The notes beneath the pieces are model-generated. The model ran no database searches, was not told where the DNA came from, and saw only the letters and a program-made list of their open reading frames with translations. Shown in pieces: positions 50,449-62,865 of a stretch of 64,000 bases of DNA (position 1 is its first letter; the number at the start of each line of letters is the position of its first letter). The DNA is from Felis catus (taxonomy: Eukaryota), in assembly GCF_018350175.1 (NCBI RefSeq), contig NC_058369.1, positions 27,468,001 through 27,532,000 of the forward strand. Direction: 5' to 3'. Made by a program: the position numbers and the translations under genes.

Positions 50449-53400
50449 GAAACATCTAGATTTATTATTAACCTTAAATCCCCTCTAACGCTCTTAGAAG
50501 ACACTGAGTAGACTTGAGCTGTGGACCTGAAGTTCCCATTATTCTTTTGTTTCAGTCCTCTAATCAACCAGCTTTTGTAAGAACCCTCACAATTATATGC
50601 AGTTGAATGTACTTCACCTGATGAAGAATAACTGAAAATGGCTAAGGAGATGGTGGAATTGCCATCATTGGTAAAGGATAGGATTTCCAGCATCACACCA
50701 CTGTTAGAAAGGAAGAGGATGCAGACTAGTAATTAGTTATCCTGACTGCAGGTTAAGCTAATAACTTGGCGTCACTATGACTTCAGTCAGGGAGGAAAGC
50801 TGTGTCCAAGTTTGTAGGCCTTCGTGAAGCATTTTTCATTTAGCTGTTGGCTCATTAGCTTGGACATAAGAAAGGATTTCTAGAAAGAAGATGGCATCAT
50901 TGTGTGCCATTCTTGCTCTGGGGTGCTTTTGGAAACAACAGCTGTGATCAGAAATTAAATATTGTTAAGGGAAGAGCGGTAGTTGTTCTGGACAAATACC
51001 AAGAGCCAGGCTCCAGGAAGCTGGAGACAACAGAATCAAACCTTCAGGTATGTATGCCATTTATGGGCTGTCTCCAAAGGTTGCCTTTGTGGCGGCTGTC
51101 CACCTGGTTTCCAGGGAGTGTTCAATTAGGATACTGAGCTGAGCTGATTCAAACCTGTGACCTGCACTGGCTCCATTACCATTAACACACAGAAGTCTTT
51201 TGTTATAGGAGGAAGGCACAGAGGGTATGGATAGCTTCACTTCAGGAAAACATACTTGTTTCAGAACGCCAGTTTCTTCTGTACAGAAATCAACTAGATT
51301 GCCCCAATAACATTAACATTAATACGGAACAACAAAAAGCCTACATATCCTGAACTGGGCGAACTGAGTTAATCTTGTTTCCATACCAAGAAATCCTTAA
51401 GGCAGCGTGCTTCACCCACGAGGGCCATCTCCCTAATTCCTTTTCCTCTACCTCTGTTTCACCTGGATCTGGATTGCACAACAGAGCCTGTGACCCTAAA
51501 CACAGCCAGCACAAAACACATCTGTTCAGAGGCTCACTGTGCTCCCAGCACTCAGCACTGTTTAAATAATACGTGAGGAATCTACAAATAGTAGGGAAAC
51601 TCCCATATCATCACAGTGCAAGGACTATGAAATGCATGGTCCCAGGGAAACATAGGAATAAAACTGACTGTCATGGAAATACCCTTAGGCAGCAGGCAGG
51701 CTGCTCTGTGACTTTCACTTACCATGTCACTGAAGGTCCTCAGCATTCCTGCAGAGTTTGTATTTTTGACCAATATTTCACGGACACTCTTACCACCTCC
51801 AATGGAAATACCATTACTCACACAAATCTTATGGTGGGAATTCATCAAGATATACTATCTATGAAGTCTCTGGCCAGTCTAGGATATGATATCTAAGTGT
51901 TTAATAGATGCCATCTATATGGGTTATTATTGCTTGTCCTGTTACAGATAAAGAAATAGAGGCTGAGTGGGTTACAGTGATCAATCCAAGCTACAAAACG
52001 TGTCACCATTGGGATGTGGACACAATGTATCTGGTTCTTTCTCTATTTACAGGAAGGAATAAGGAAGGTACACTGGTCCATCTTCCTTTGTTCTTTGCCT
52101 TCTTAGCTTTAGCCTGGAAGTTCCAGAGCTACCTCAAACTTGCTTAAAATTCTACTCTGAGTACTTTATAGAGTATCAAAAGATAGATTATATTTTTAAA
52201 TTTTCTATGCTATGTCTCTATGATACAATATAAAGATAGTTCTTTGTATAACAGAATATGGATCTCTTCCTCTAAAAAGTCCTTACTACACTGAATGGAT
52301 GTTCTGATGTTAGTTAAGCCAATTTCCACTTCCCAGGTAAAGACACTTAGGATCTTCAAGGCATTTGGTGGCTCCCATTCTCTGGGTGGTGAGAAGAGCC
52401 TGACCGAGATGGTATGTAACATCACCCCTTTCATGGGTCACAGACATACAGCACAAGGTTTTCAAAATGTATGAGCATCCTTGGAAAATAAAAGCATTTC
52501 TAGGCATATGATTAACAAGCCAGAAAGGCCATGGCACTTGACAGAAAGGATGAGGCATTTCAGAAAGATAAGTCAAGATGCATTTATGAGCTGAATGCAT
52601 CCCTCAGCTTGCTTGGCTGTGCTACTTGGTTCATAAACCAGGGATTAAGTCAATTTTCATTTCAACTTTTTCTTTCACCTTTAAGCAACCCCTAAGGTTT
52701 CCAGAGAATTTTGTTTGACCTTTAGCTAAAGTTCAACCTCTACCAAGTTACCAATTTTGGATGGTCCCTAGGTGATCACTTAAGACAGATTTCACTATAA
52801 TTCAAGGAAAGGATAATCCCTGGCCCAAGAGTAAACAAAGGAAGTACTCCCAGTGGTCTCAGGGATGGCAAAAGTTATGGATTTAGTCCTGCTAATGAAT
52901 TTTAGTGGTATTCTCACTGTGCAATATTGATCAGTGAAGTCAGCCTGGATGCATTTGCTGGACAGTGAACCCAGGGTATTTACCTCCATCTGCTCCTAAA
53001 TGAGGATTCTCTCTGTGCTCCATTGTAAGGGAAACTCGAGAAAAAAAAAAGATGCAGTCCATGGGAGAAGGTCCTTTGGGAGTTGCCATTTACTTCCACA
53101 GTTAGGATGGGAATGTTGAACCCATCAATGGACTTTGGTGCCCAAACCAAGCAGGATATCTTTGCTATAAGCACCTAAGCTCCAAATATGCATTTATCTA
53201 ACACCTAGCTTCCAGAGACCTCCCAGCAACACTCACAGAGGAAATGTGGAGGGGAGCAAGGGAGAGAAAAATCAGGCTTTTCCAATTTATAGTGAAGAAT
53301 AGGACTCTGAAGTTGTCTACTTCTTACACATCCTAACTTTGTCTACTAGATCTGCCTGATTCCTAAAGGAGTATATAAAAGTCTTTCAATATGCCTATAT

Positions 53401-53945
53401 ATTTATTCAGAGGGGCTTTTCCCTAAAAATATTTGCTTATGTAGTCAACTACTGGATTGTTGTGTGCACATGATGAAGACAGAGTTGCTCCTGTCCACAG
53501 AAGTGAAACAGTGCCTCCAGTTTGCATGAAAGCCCATCCATTCTTATTCACAGACTCTACATTCATTGAATAAAGAGAAATTCAATGTCCATCTCATTCA
53601 TGAATTAGAACTGAATGTCTGCATATACTATTTCTCTAACTTCCCAAATACAATAAGAACATATCAGCTCCTCTTAGTATCCCAGGGGACTGGAAGCATG
53701 TTCACTATAGAGGAAGATCTCATAGCTTTCTGCAAATAGTTCAATACCATGATGCCTCAGATTCAGCTTTCTGCATTCTTTCTTATTGATTGGCATACCT
53801 CAGGCTATTAGGTTTATTAACTAAATGATAATTTGGGGTGTGTCGGTGAGTATACAAGGAGATAAATGTTTCACAAATAGACTCAAAGCTTGCTGGCAGG
53901 AGATATGCAGTGATTTACAAAGTATTTATCTTTCTGGCATTCCCG

Positions 53946-53968
53946 CCCCCCCCCCCCCCCCCCCCCCC
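53946..53968. repeat. Poly-C tract (23 nt)
   Basis: Directly visible. Confidence 0.95.
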
Positions 53969-54447
53969 AGGGAAAAAGTCATTATTGCTACCGTCTTCTG
54001 AAAACAGAGATGTTTGTTTCCTGGGCAGGCTTGGAGACTAGCCAAAGCAGTGGGAAGATTCCTGGAATTTCAATACACCTGCTGGGGTGCTCGGCTGAAT
54101 GAGCTCCTCCCGTGGATACACCTGATCTGCCTGGATACTCACCCCACAGCCTCTCCTGTCCTCACGGGAGCACTCCAGCAGCCCTATGTGTCTGAGAGAG
54201 CAGGGCTTGCTTTTGGCTGTTGTCTTCCAACTGGCTGCCCAGCCTTGGGTCTGATCCCAATACTGTTAAACTCAGAGGAAGCAGTGCTTCCTCACCCTCA
54301 ACCTCCCTCTCTCCCCTAGTGCACACACCTGTAATGGCACACAGTCTATTCAATGCAAATAATAGTGTCCTGATAGAAGCAGTTGCCCCTCTATAGCCTT
54401 CTTTCTCTGCCATCATGCAACACTTTTTGGTGTTGCCATTGTCCTGC

Positions 54448-54666
54448 CAGGGGTCCTCAAACTCAGGCACTATTGGCATTATTGCTCAGTTAATGCTCAG
54501 TTGTGGGGGGTCGTTTTGTGCATTGTAGGATGTTCACCAGCATCCTTAGTCTCCACCTGCTTGATGTGACTAACACACCCCTCCCCACCACTTGTGACAT
54601 CCACAAATGTCTCTGTACATTGCCAAATTTCCCCTGGGCATAAAATTACCATGATTAAAACTGATG
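54448..54666 (-). mobile_element. MER20 MITE
   Basis: ggcactattggcatt...gtgcattgtaggatgtt..cagcatcc...aaatgtctctgtacattgccaaat. Confidence 0.88.
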
Positions 54667-55039
54667 CCGTGCCTCAAGTGGGAGATAATGTGAGAAACTG
54701 AGAACTTCCCAGACCCCATGGGGAACCCAGAGGCACTACATCATTATCAACTCTCAGGCCTAGTTTGCAGACCTCACTGCAGAGGGATCTCAAAGAACAA
54801 TGAGACCCATAGCAGGATGTAGGAAGGAGGCCTGGGGAGGGCAATAGGGATGAGTTGAGAGATTATGGATTCTTGGCCAAAAGCTGGTAGACCAGGTGGA
54901 CTGACCTGGCTTTTTCTAAAGGTCTAGAGCCACATCATTTAGAAAACATTTTGAGTATCTGCTATGTTCACTTAATCAAGAAGTTTTATAGGTTTCTTTT
55001 CCTTCTCTCCCTCCCCACATTCACTTTTCTAGTTTTTGC

Positions 55040-55450
55040 CACTGTCTTCTTACCTCTGGGTTCTTCCAAAGCCTCCCTGCATACCCTTTCCTCCAGCTTG
55101 CTCTTCACGGTCCATCCCTGGCCCCCACCCTCTGCAGGTGAGGGGTCTTTCTGAAATGCAAGTCAGACCATGCCAACCAGCCATCTGCTTGCTTCCCTGG
55201 CTTTCCAACCTTTCAGGATGAAATCCAAACTCCTTAACAAGGCCTGCAAAGCCACTCATTTCATTATCTCTTTCCCTGCATTGCATGCAACTTCATGTTC
55301 TCACTCCCCTGGACCGCTTGTGGGACATGTTCCTTTGGAGGTACACAGGTGGTTTTAGGTCACACAGAGTCATGACCTTAAAGCATGCAGAATCTCACAG
55401 TGATTGTTTAGTTTCAACATCCCCTTCTCCTTGTGCTCTTTCCAGGATCG
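55040..55450 (+). mobile_element. LINE-2 fragment
   Basis: tctttctgaaatgcaagtcagaccatg...caggatgaaatccaaactccttaacaaggcct. Confidence 0.6.
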
Positions 55451-57124
55451 TGCTGAGTTTGATGCTCCTTTGTCCTTCACACCTGCTCTAAGGCTTGATG
55501 ATCTCCCATTTTTTTGTACCAGAAGAGAACAGGCCTCAGGCTCAAACAGCAGCATCCCGATGAAAGTTAATAACACTGTTTTATTTTTCATTATGTTTAC
55601 TTTTGTAGTTGCCTTCTATTTATAGCACGTTCTACCACTCTTCTGTTACAAGAATGATACAGCCATTTCTTTTTCCATGAATGTTTTCAGGTAGAAAAAG
55701 GAAGTTGATTTGAAGCAACATAAATCACAGTAAAAGTGGTTCCTATACATGGCAGAAACTGTGATTACTGGCTGATATTTGGGAAATAAGGAGGTATTTG
55801 AATTTGTACCATGCTCTTTCATATCCCAGTTTCACCTGTCCCTCAGACAGGCTAAGAACTGGAGGCAGGCAGGGACAGGAGGAACTGGATTGTTCCTTGT
55901 AATCATTCATGTGTCCTTTGGAATTTGATGTAAATGTCACCCCACCAAAATCTGAGTCAATGCCTCACCCATGTGCTTCCCTAGGACCCTGGACACCCCT
56001 CATAGGCTCCGACATGGCACCTGTAAGTTCTGGGCTTATGTCTGTCATCTTCACTGTGGTTTCCAGTGTCTGGTAAAGGCTTGGCAGAGACAAGATGCCA
56101 AATAAATATGTCTTGATTGGATGGATGAAATGGAGAGAAGCACACAATCCTTTTCAAGCCAGCCCCGGGTCTCACCAAGAGAAAGGCAGAATGAGGTCAC
56201 CAGATAATCCATGTCAGTGAGGATATGAACCCACCTCCCTGGGTGACAGACACAAAAGACCAGATGATGTAAATTACTCAGGGTGCAACTTCCATCTCCC
56301 CCTCCATTGTGAGCATGAGAATTTGTAGGTTGCCCCAGCTGGGTCTAGTGCCCAAGCGGGGAACATAGCAAAGAACATACAGAAACCAACAGAACATAAG
56401 CTTGCTTGTCCCTAGTCTTTCTTTCTACTGGAGCTTTACCTTTACAAATTTGTAGCACTTGAAGGTATGTTTCCCCAGCCACTTCTGGATTGTAACAATT
56501 CCTTTTTTTCCTACTGACAAAATCTGATACTTAGCCTGGAGCACTTTCTTGCCAAGGAGAGAACTGTGGCAGACTTGTGACGCATGATAAAATACTACCG
56601 TAATGTGGAATAATGCTTTGAAATGTTGCCAGGGTGAGTGTGTATGCAGAATGATTGAAATCGCCTGCAAATACAAATGGTAGCTCTGTGGCTCATCTGT
56701 AACCTCAAAGTAGGAAAACTGAGATATTCTTTTCCCTCCTTTGCAATTTGCACAGCCTCTTGTTGGAAACTATGGAGATTATGCCACTGAAAGTAACTGC
56801 TGTTTACTCCACGCACAGTTTTTACTAACTAATATGATATCCCTGTATACTCATTGGTCTTCTGAGGGTCCCCTGATATTCTAAGCTGTTCTGTAGTTGT
56901 TGTTGTGAATGTCTCATTGAAGTAATCATGTATCCAAACCCAAAAGTTTTATAGGAGGATGTGGAGGTCATTTGTGCAGTGCAGAAAATGACATCCACTT
57001 TGTCCACCTTAGAAATAAAGGCTTCATAACTAAATGGGATTCAGTCCCCACTACACTTGCCCCAGCCCCCACATAATGGTGAATTCAGTGGAAATGATCA
57101 GTAGGTTGAGCTACATAATTAGAA

Positions 57125-57345
57125 GAGCCACAACTGTGGGTGTTTGCTATATGTCAGGCATTTTGCCTTCTTTTAGGTAAACTGCATAACATCCAATATA
57201 ATTAATAGAATTAGCTTCATTTTGCTGTTGAGAAAAATGAGGTTCACAAAGGATAATTTGCTCAAGCTCTCACAGACAATAAGTGTCTCAGCCAGGATGG
57301 AGCCCTAGGTCTGTGTGATTCCAAAGCTTGAATTTTTTCTATGAT
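57125..57345 (-). mobile_element. MIR
   Basis: tgctatatgtcaggca...gagaaaaatgaggttcac...aatttgctcaag...ggtctgtgtgattccaaagc. Confidence 0.7.
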
Positions 57346-57699
57346 GAACAATGTTGAACTAAAGCCAGAACACTGCCTTCTATGAGTTGAGGTCAAACCT
57401 TTACTATCTGTGGGCTTTGGACATTACTAGCTGGTTGTCAGGTACCCATAACTAGCTGAATACACAAATCAATGGGAGGTTACTCATGAAGAGCTAGTAG
57501 CCTAATGAGAAATTTCTCATGCGCAAAAGCTGACCAAGAGGTAGAAGGAAATTCAAGCCCATTTCAGAGGCATCTGCCTCTTTATAAAAAGTAAAACCCC
57601 ATTTTCTTTTGCTACAAAGGGACAATAAGAAAATCCATTCACTATATCTTGATTACTTCACTTGTTCTAAGACAGTTACTATGGATTAGGTACTTCCTA

Positions 57700-57875
57700 C
57701 AAGCCATAAACCACATGCAGCACTGCATGAAGGATAACATAATCCTTGCAACCCAGTGATAGAGACACTATTATTAGCCCCACTAGACAAGTGTGGGAAC
57801 CGAGGGTAAGAGATTATGTATCTTGCCAAGGTCAGTCAGCTCAGCTGGGATACAAACCCAGATTCTCTCATGGCC
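57700..57875 (-). mobile_element. MIR
   Basis: aatccttgcaaccc...tattattagcccc...cttgccaaggtca...gctgggatacaaacccag. Confidence 0.65.
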
Positions 57876-57989
57876 AATAGAAGTCATATACATAAGAGTG
57901 GGGCATTTTGCCTTGATGGAGCCATTTTGATAGCTTTCCCGATGGTTGTCAGTCAATTCCCTGGGGCTTCCTGGAAATGCAGGCACTGT

Positions 57990-58395
57990 GTCCATGGCTA
58001 AAAGCACTCCCCTCCCCACCTTACCCTTGCTCTGGGTTCCAGCCCACTGCCTTCTTTCAGGTCTTGAAATTGTTCCTTGGTACCCCAGAGCCCATGCACA
58101 TGGTGCTCGCTAGCTGGGAACACACTTCTTCCCCCTCCTCGTGTTGTTGTCTGCTCTCCCACCTTCAGATCTCAGCTCCAGGGCCACCTGTTCAGAGGAG
58201 CCTTGCCTGCACCTGTGACTTAGCAGCCTTCTTCATTATAGATGAGCACTTTGCTTCAGAGTACTTCTCTGAGTTGGACCCTATTTGTTCAGATGGATCA
58301 GTGCCTGGGGCTCCATCTAGACTCATGCTTGTGTTCACAGCATTCAGCCCTGGGCCCGGCTCAGAGGAGCCTCTCACAACCTGTTGGTGGAAGAA
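57990..58395 (+). mobile_element. LINE-2 fragment
   Basis: cactgccttctttcag...ccttcagatctcagctc...tgttcacagc. Confidence 0.55.
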
Positions 58396-58549
58396 TAGGC
58401 ACTCTGACCTACTAACCATGTCTGCTTCCCCATGTCGATGAGGTGCAAGCAAGGGAGGATGGCAAGCCAACAGACAGTGGGGTTGCGAGGCTAGATCTCC
58501 TCTCTGTTCAAGTAATGTCTCAGAATCATGTGCTTTGCTGAGTTAATTT

Positions 58550-59558
58550 TTACATTTCTTCCCCCATCTACAAACAGCAAGTAATCTTGCAGATCAATGC
58601 CTGGGACCAAAGAGACTTATGGAATGTTAAGATTATGCACATAAACGTACCAACTATGACAGCCACACTGAGAAGAATAGTAATCTTGTACCAAGCGATA
58701 GTTTATCAACCTTTGCCACTTATGAAATTCACAGCCAATTTAATTAAAAATATAACAGCTCTGAAAGCTGCTAAAATGACTATGACAACAATCAATCATT
58801 TTGTAATAGTGTTGAAGATCCATTAGGGACGTTGCACTGGATGCCAACTTTTTTTAAGCCCAGATAGTAGGGGCATTTCATTCTGCACAATTAATGTCAC
58901 TGCATTAAAATATTGACTATCTATAAAGAAGAAAATACCAAACATCTTTATAACCCACATTTTTTTATGGGCAAAACTTGCTTAGAAAGGTGCTTTGAAT
59001 TTATTTGTTATAAGCTACACATTTCACATTCAGAAAATTAAAATGGTTTCTACTGACTAACTCATTTAATCATTTACTTGATTTAATGAAAACCGCTATG
59101 CATTTTTCTCTTTCTGTTGCTAAGATTAATGCTTTCTGTTCATTAGCAATCAAATATTGCAGGAAGGTTTACATCTTATTCTCACTTAACTCACTGCCTT
59201 TTATTTCAAAAAATTCTAATAGAATTTAAATGGTATCTTTTAAATCATTTGGGAATTTTTCTCCTAGTAACTCACTTTGTCTTGTATAAGACACATTGCT
59301 AGCTTTGACACTGAGATATTTATCCCCAACTTCCTTTTCGAGTCTCTCTTTCTTGGGGGGGGGATGGTGGGGGAAGGAGGAAGTATATATATACATACAT
59401 ATATATATGTATACACACACATACACATATGTATACGTATATATACATACATATACATATACATGTATGTATATATACGTATATATACGTATATATAAAT
59501 ATATATACGTATATATACACACATATACATATATATGTGTGTATATACACACACACAG

Positions 59559-59609
<51 letters not shown>

Positions 59610-60110
59610 GGACAGGGAGTCGAGACTTCAGAAAAAATTATGAACCTAGCTTCCAGGGCTCCTAATTCATTAATGCATCAGCAACGTTGTAGTATCCCTT
59701 GAAATTCTGATTAGAAGGGCTCTTTGATTTATTAGTGGGCCTTTATGAGCTACCTTGGAGAATGAACCCATTAAAAATGTTAACCATAAGCAATCTGGCT
59801 TTCATTTAATAAAGAATCGAAGCCACCGGGTACAAGAGAATCCAGGCAAACATGGCACACTTCTGCCATCCCTCATAGAGAGGCTCCCGTTGCAAATGCC
59901 ATTTCATTACAGCTGTGTCATCTGCACATGTGGCCTCATATCTGCTCTCCATTTCGATTTTCAGGTGTGTACAAATGGGCAGGTAAATTCCACTTGAAAT
60001 ACCTACAAGGGCAGATTCTACAATGGAATCTTTTTTACAATCAGGATGGTTACAAAAGAGTATAATCAATTTCAATTACTAAATAATAGAGTCAGTAGTT
60101 TAAGAGCACC
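58550..60110. promoter_or_regulatory. Putative conserved developmental enhancer block
   Basis: No recognisable TE; PBX/HOX/MEIS/SOX-type motifs; conservation not verifiable here. Confidence 0.4.
59384..59609. repeat. Compound (TA)/(CATA)/(TACG)/(CA)n microsatellite
   Basis: Directly visible, 226 bp. Confidence 0.97.
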
Positions 60111-60979
60111 ATGCCAAGTTTTCCATTCCTATCAGGACAAAAAAAATGTTTGTTGACCCCCAAAATGCTTGACAGGAGGAAATAACAAAAGGTAGATGAT
60201 GGTGTTTATACTGAATGTAGATACAATGGTTTAAGGACTTTGGGTATAAAAATATAAGCATTCAATTGGGAACACTAAGAGGGTAAGGACAAAGGAATCT
60301 TTTGGGTAGTAAGAAAATGATGTATTTTAAGGTGATACTCAATAAGCCATCTAAGTACAGGAGCAGACGTGTCCCTAAGTTTTGCTATTTCAACATGTTT
60401 TCTGCTTTTCTTGTGTGCATGCATGCATACGTGTGTATTATCTGCCTTCCTCACTGTGTTATGTGCTATTGATTGGTTATGGGAGAGGGATGTAAGAATC
60501 TTCTTTTCCATGTTATGGCTCAGGAAACTGAAATGCAAAGCATAGGTATACTTTGACACTAGCATAGTGATCTTTCCTTCTTAAGCACTCCTAAGGATAG
60601 CTGTTTTATCATTTGTGCAATTATTAAGGGCTTGTCACTGTCCTAGACTGTAATATACATGAGAAGCACAGCAGCTTCTGTCTTGTCCATTACTGCAGCT
60701 CCAGCACTAACTTGGCTGGTAGATGCTTTGTGAACTTCTTTTGAATGAATTAATGATTTTCCCAGGTCATTTACTATTGGAGCATTAGCCAAAGCAGGAA
60801 TAAATTACAGTTCACTCTCCTGTTCTATTTGTGACTTTCTATTTACCCTGTGACTCTGTTCAAATACCAACCCCTCTGGGACGCAATTCTGAGCTTTCTC
60901 CTTACTTTTCTGGGCTCCATTAATGCTTTACACCCATCCCTCTGTGTTTTGTATACACAGCTTTCCTTCTGCAATCTTC

Positions 60980-61425
60980 TGTGTATGGCACCCCTTTCCC
61001 TTGTAAGAAACTATTGTATTCTTTGTGCTTGGGATGGAATTGTTTCTACATGGCCTCACACATGGACTCAGGATCTAGATCTGGTTGCTCAGAGCACCCT
61101 ATCCCTCTGGCCATGGTTCCTGGTTCAGCAATGGGTATGTAACTCAAGTTGGACCAGAGTTTTCTGTGCAAAATTTTAATAAGCATTGCTGGGAAAAACA
61201 ATCATTCCACTATAACCTAATAGGATGTAATCCTAATTAATCTAATCTAATGTGAACTGCTGGTGTTCACATTACCTTCCTTGGGAAGAAGCTGTGTGAA
61301 AGAAGTAGAGAGACACGAAGTGACATTGCTTAGGCTTCCAGATCCAGCCATGCCTGAATCAACTCTACCATTAGAATTTCAGTTACATGAACAAATAAAT
61401 CCTTCCTCCTTCCTTGAAAGAATTT
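60980..61425 (+). mobile_element. ERVL solo LTR (LTR16-like)
   Basis: tggttcagcaatgggtatgtaactcaag...gatccagccatgcctgaa...tttcagttacatgaacaaataaat. Confidence 0.7.
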
Positions 61426-62179
61426 TGATTACTGGCCATGGCTTCTTGAGAGCATGGGCTAACTCCCTTCTATATCCCCTGCCCTTAGTAAAAGCTTGTT
61501 GAATGATAAACCAGCCTACTTCTTAAGGCAAGGACATCCCCAGGTGTTTGGGGAGTAAGACTATCAATAAAAGCTAGGGGGCTTTGTATCTTTTAGATCA
61601 AACTCTCGTAAGAGAAGGAAGAGATAATACAGACACTCTGGATCTGGAGGTGTCAATGTCAATTGTAAGAGAAAGAGTAAGGTGCTCTGCCAGATAAAGA
61701 GGATCTTACAGCGGCTTACAATAAGACAGTGGGGACCATGCCACTACACAATGGATTTCACATTTTGGCATTCCTACAGTGACTAGGTCTCAATCATTAT
61801 GCCAGCATTTCTGTGGCAAATGGAATTAGCAATCCCACATTGGAAATGTTAAATTGTTAATAAGCCCCTTAGAGCTTTGCTTCTCCTTTGAACTCCATGA
61901 CTGGTTTTGGGCCATAGACAAGTGTACTAAACCATCTCAATTTGAGCTGGTAATTGAGGGCCTCTCAAAGCCTGCCCAGAAAAGAATGTCTTCCACTGTG
62001 AGGAGAAACAGATGGTATTGACGTTTGATTTTTGTTTTTAAATCTAAGGCCTGGCCTTAGATTTGATCCAAAAGATACAAAGCCCCAAGAAAACGTGCTT
62101 CTGCAACTATTTGGAAGGTGAAGTTTCCAGGTACACCCTCCCCATTATCCAAAAATCTACACTTGTGCTAAGCTTAAGA

Positions 62180-62415
62180 ATCACCCAGACCTGAATTTAA
62201 ATCCCAGATTTGCTACTTTTTATTTTTATTTTTTTTGGCTGGAGGACCTTGATAATTTAATATCCATGAGCCCTTGCGTTCTCATGTATAAAGCCAGACT
62301 ATATGACTTTCTCACAGATATTTTGTGAAGATTAAATCAGATAACTGATGTTAAATGCTTAGCAAGAACCTGGTACATACTAAGAGCTCAATATGCATTA
62401 GCTATGATTGTGATG
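62180..62415 (+). mobile_element. MIR
   Basis: cagacctgaatttaaatccc...tgtgaagattaaat...aaatgcttagc...cctggtacatactaagagctcaata. Confidence 0.8.
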
Positions 62416-62599
62416 GCAATGATCATTTAAAGCTTTTAAGCCAAACTTTGCAATGCTGAGTGCCTTATTAGCCATGAATTAACATCTCAAGTGTATCTGT
62501 CCACCTGTCATCACTTCTTCATGTATGCTCATACTAGCATCATGTCAATTTCCCTTTATTTCTGAAGCATTTATTCTTTTCTGTTTCTCTAGGTCTGAA

Positions 62600-62865
62600 C
62601 TCCTGTGAAAATCTGATCGTGTCTGGGTGAGGAGCCCTTCTCCCAAGCTCCTGTAGCAGCTTATGTGTTTCCCGTGAACCCACCATACCTCTTTCCTACC
62701 ACACCATGATCGCCCATTTACTCATTTCTAGAATCTTCCTGATTACAAAGGAGGCTCTGGGATGTCAGGGACTGTATCTGCCCAGATCACCATTTTATTT
62801 CCCTTGCTTAGCTCATTGCCTGGAAGATAATAGGTATTCAATATTTACTGAATAAATAAATGAAA
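62600..62865 (+). mobile_element. LINE-2 3' end
   Basis: cagggactgtatctg...tgcctgg...taggtattcaatatttactgaataaataaatgaa. Confidence 0.65.

Noticed and set aside
50265..50696. 143-aa minus-strand ORF ending in the L1 ORF2 C-terminus
   Set aside because: Chance in-frame read-through from flanking DNA into a truncated L1; no promoter or domain evidence.
53942..53970. Poly-C run followed by AG (G4 or splice acceptor?)
   Set aside because: Simple homopolymer whose length is error-prone; no downstream exon evident.
57977..58441. 154-aa ORF
   Set aside because: Lies over a decayed L2; no recognisable domain.
59226..59665. Cluster of 70-124 aa ORFs rich in C/V/Y/I/H/T
   Set aside because: These are translations of a stop-poor microsatellite, not genes.
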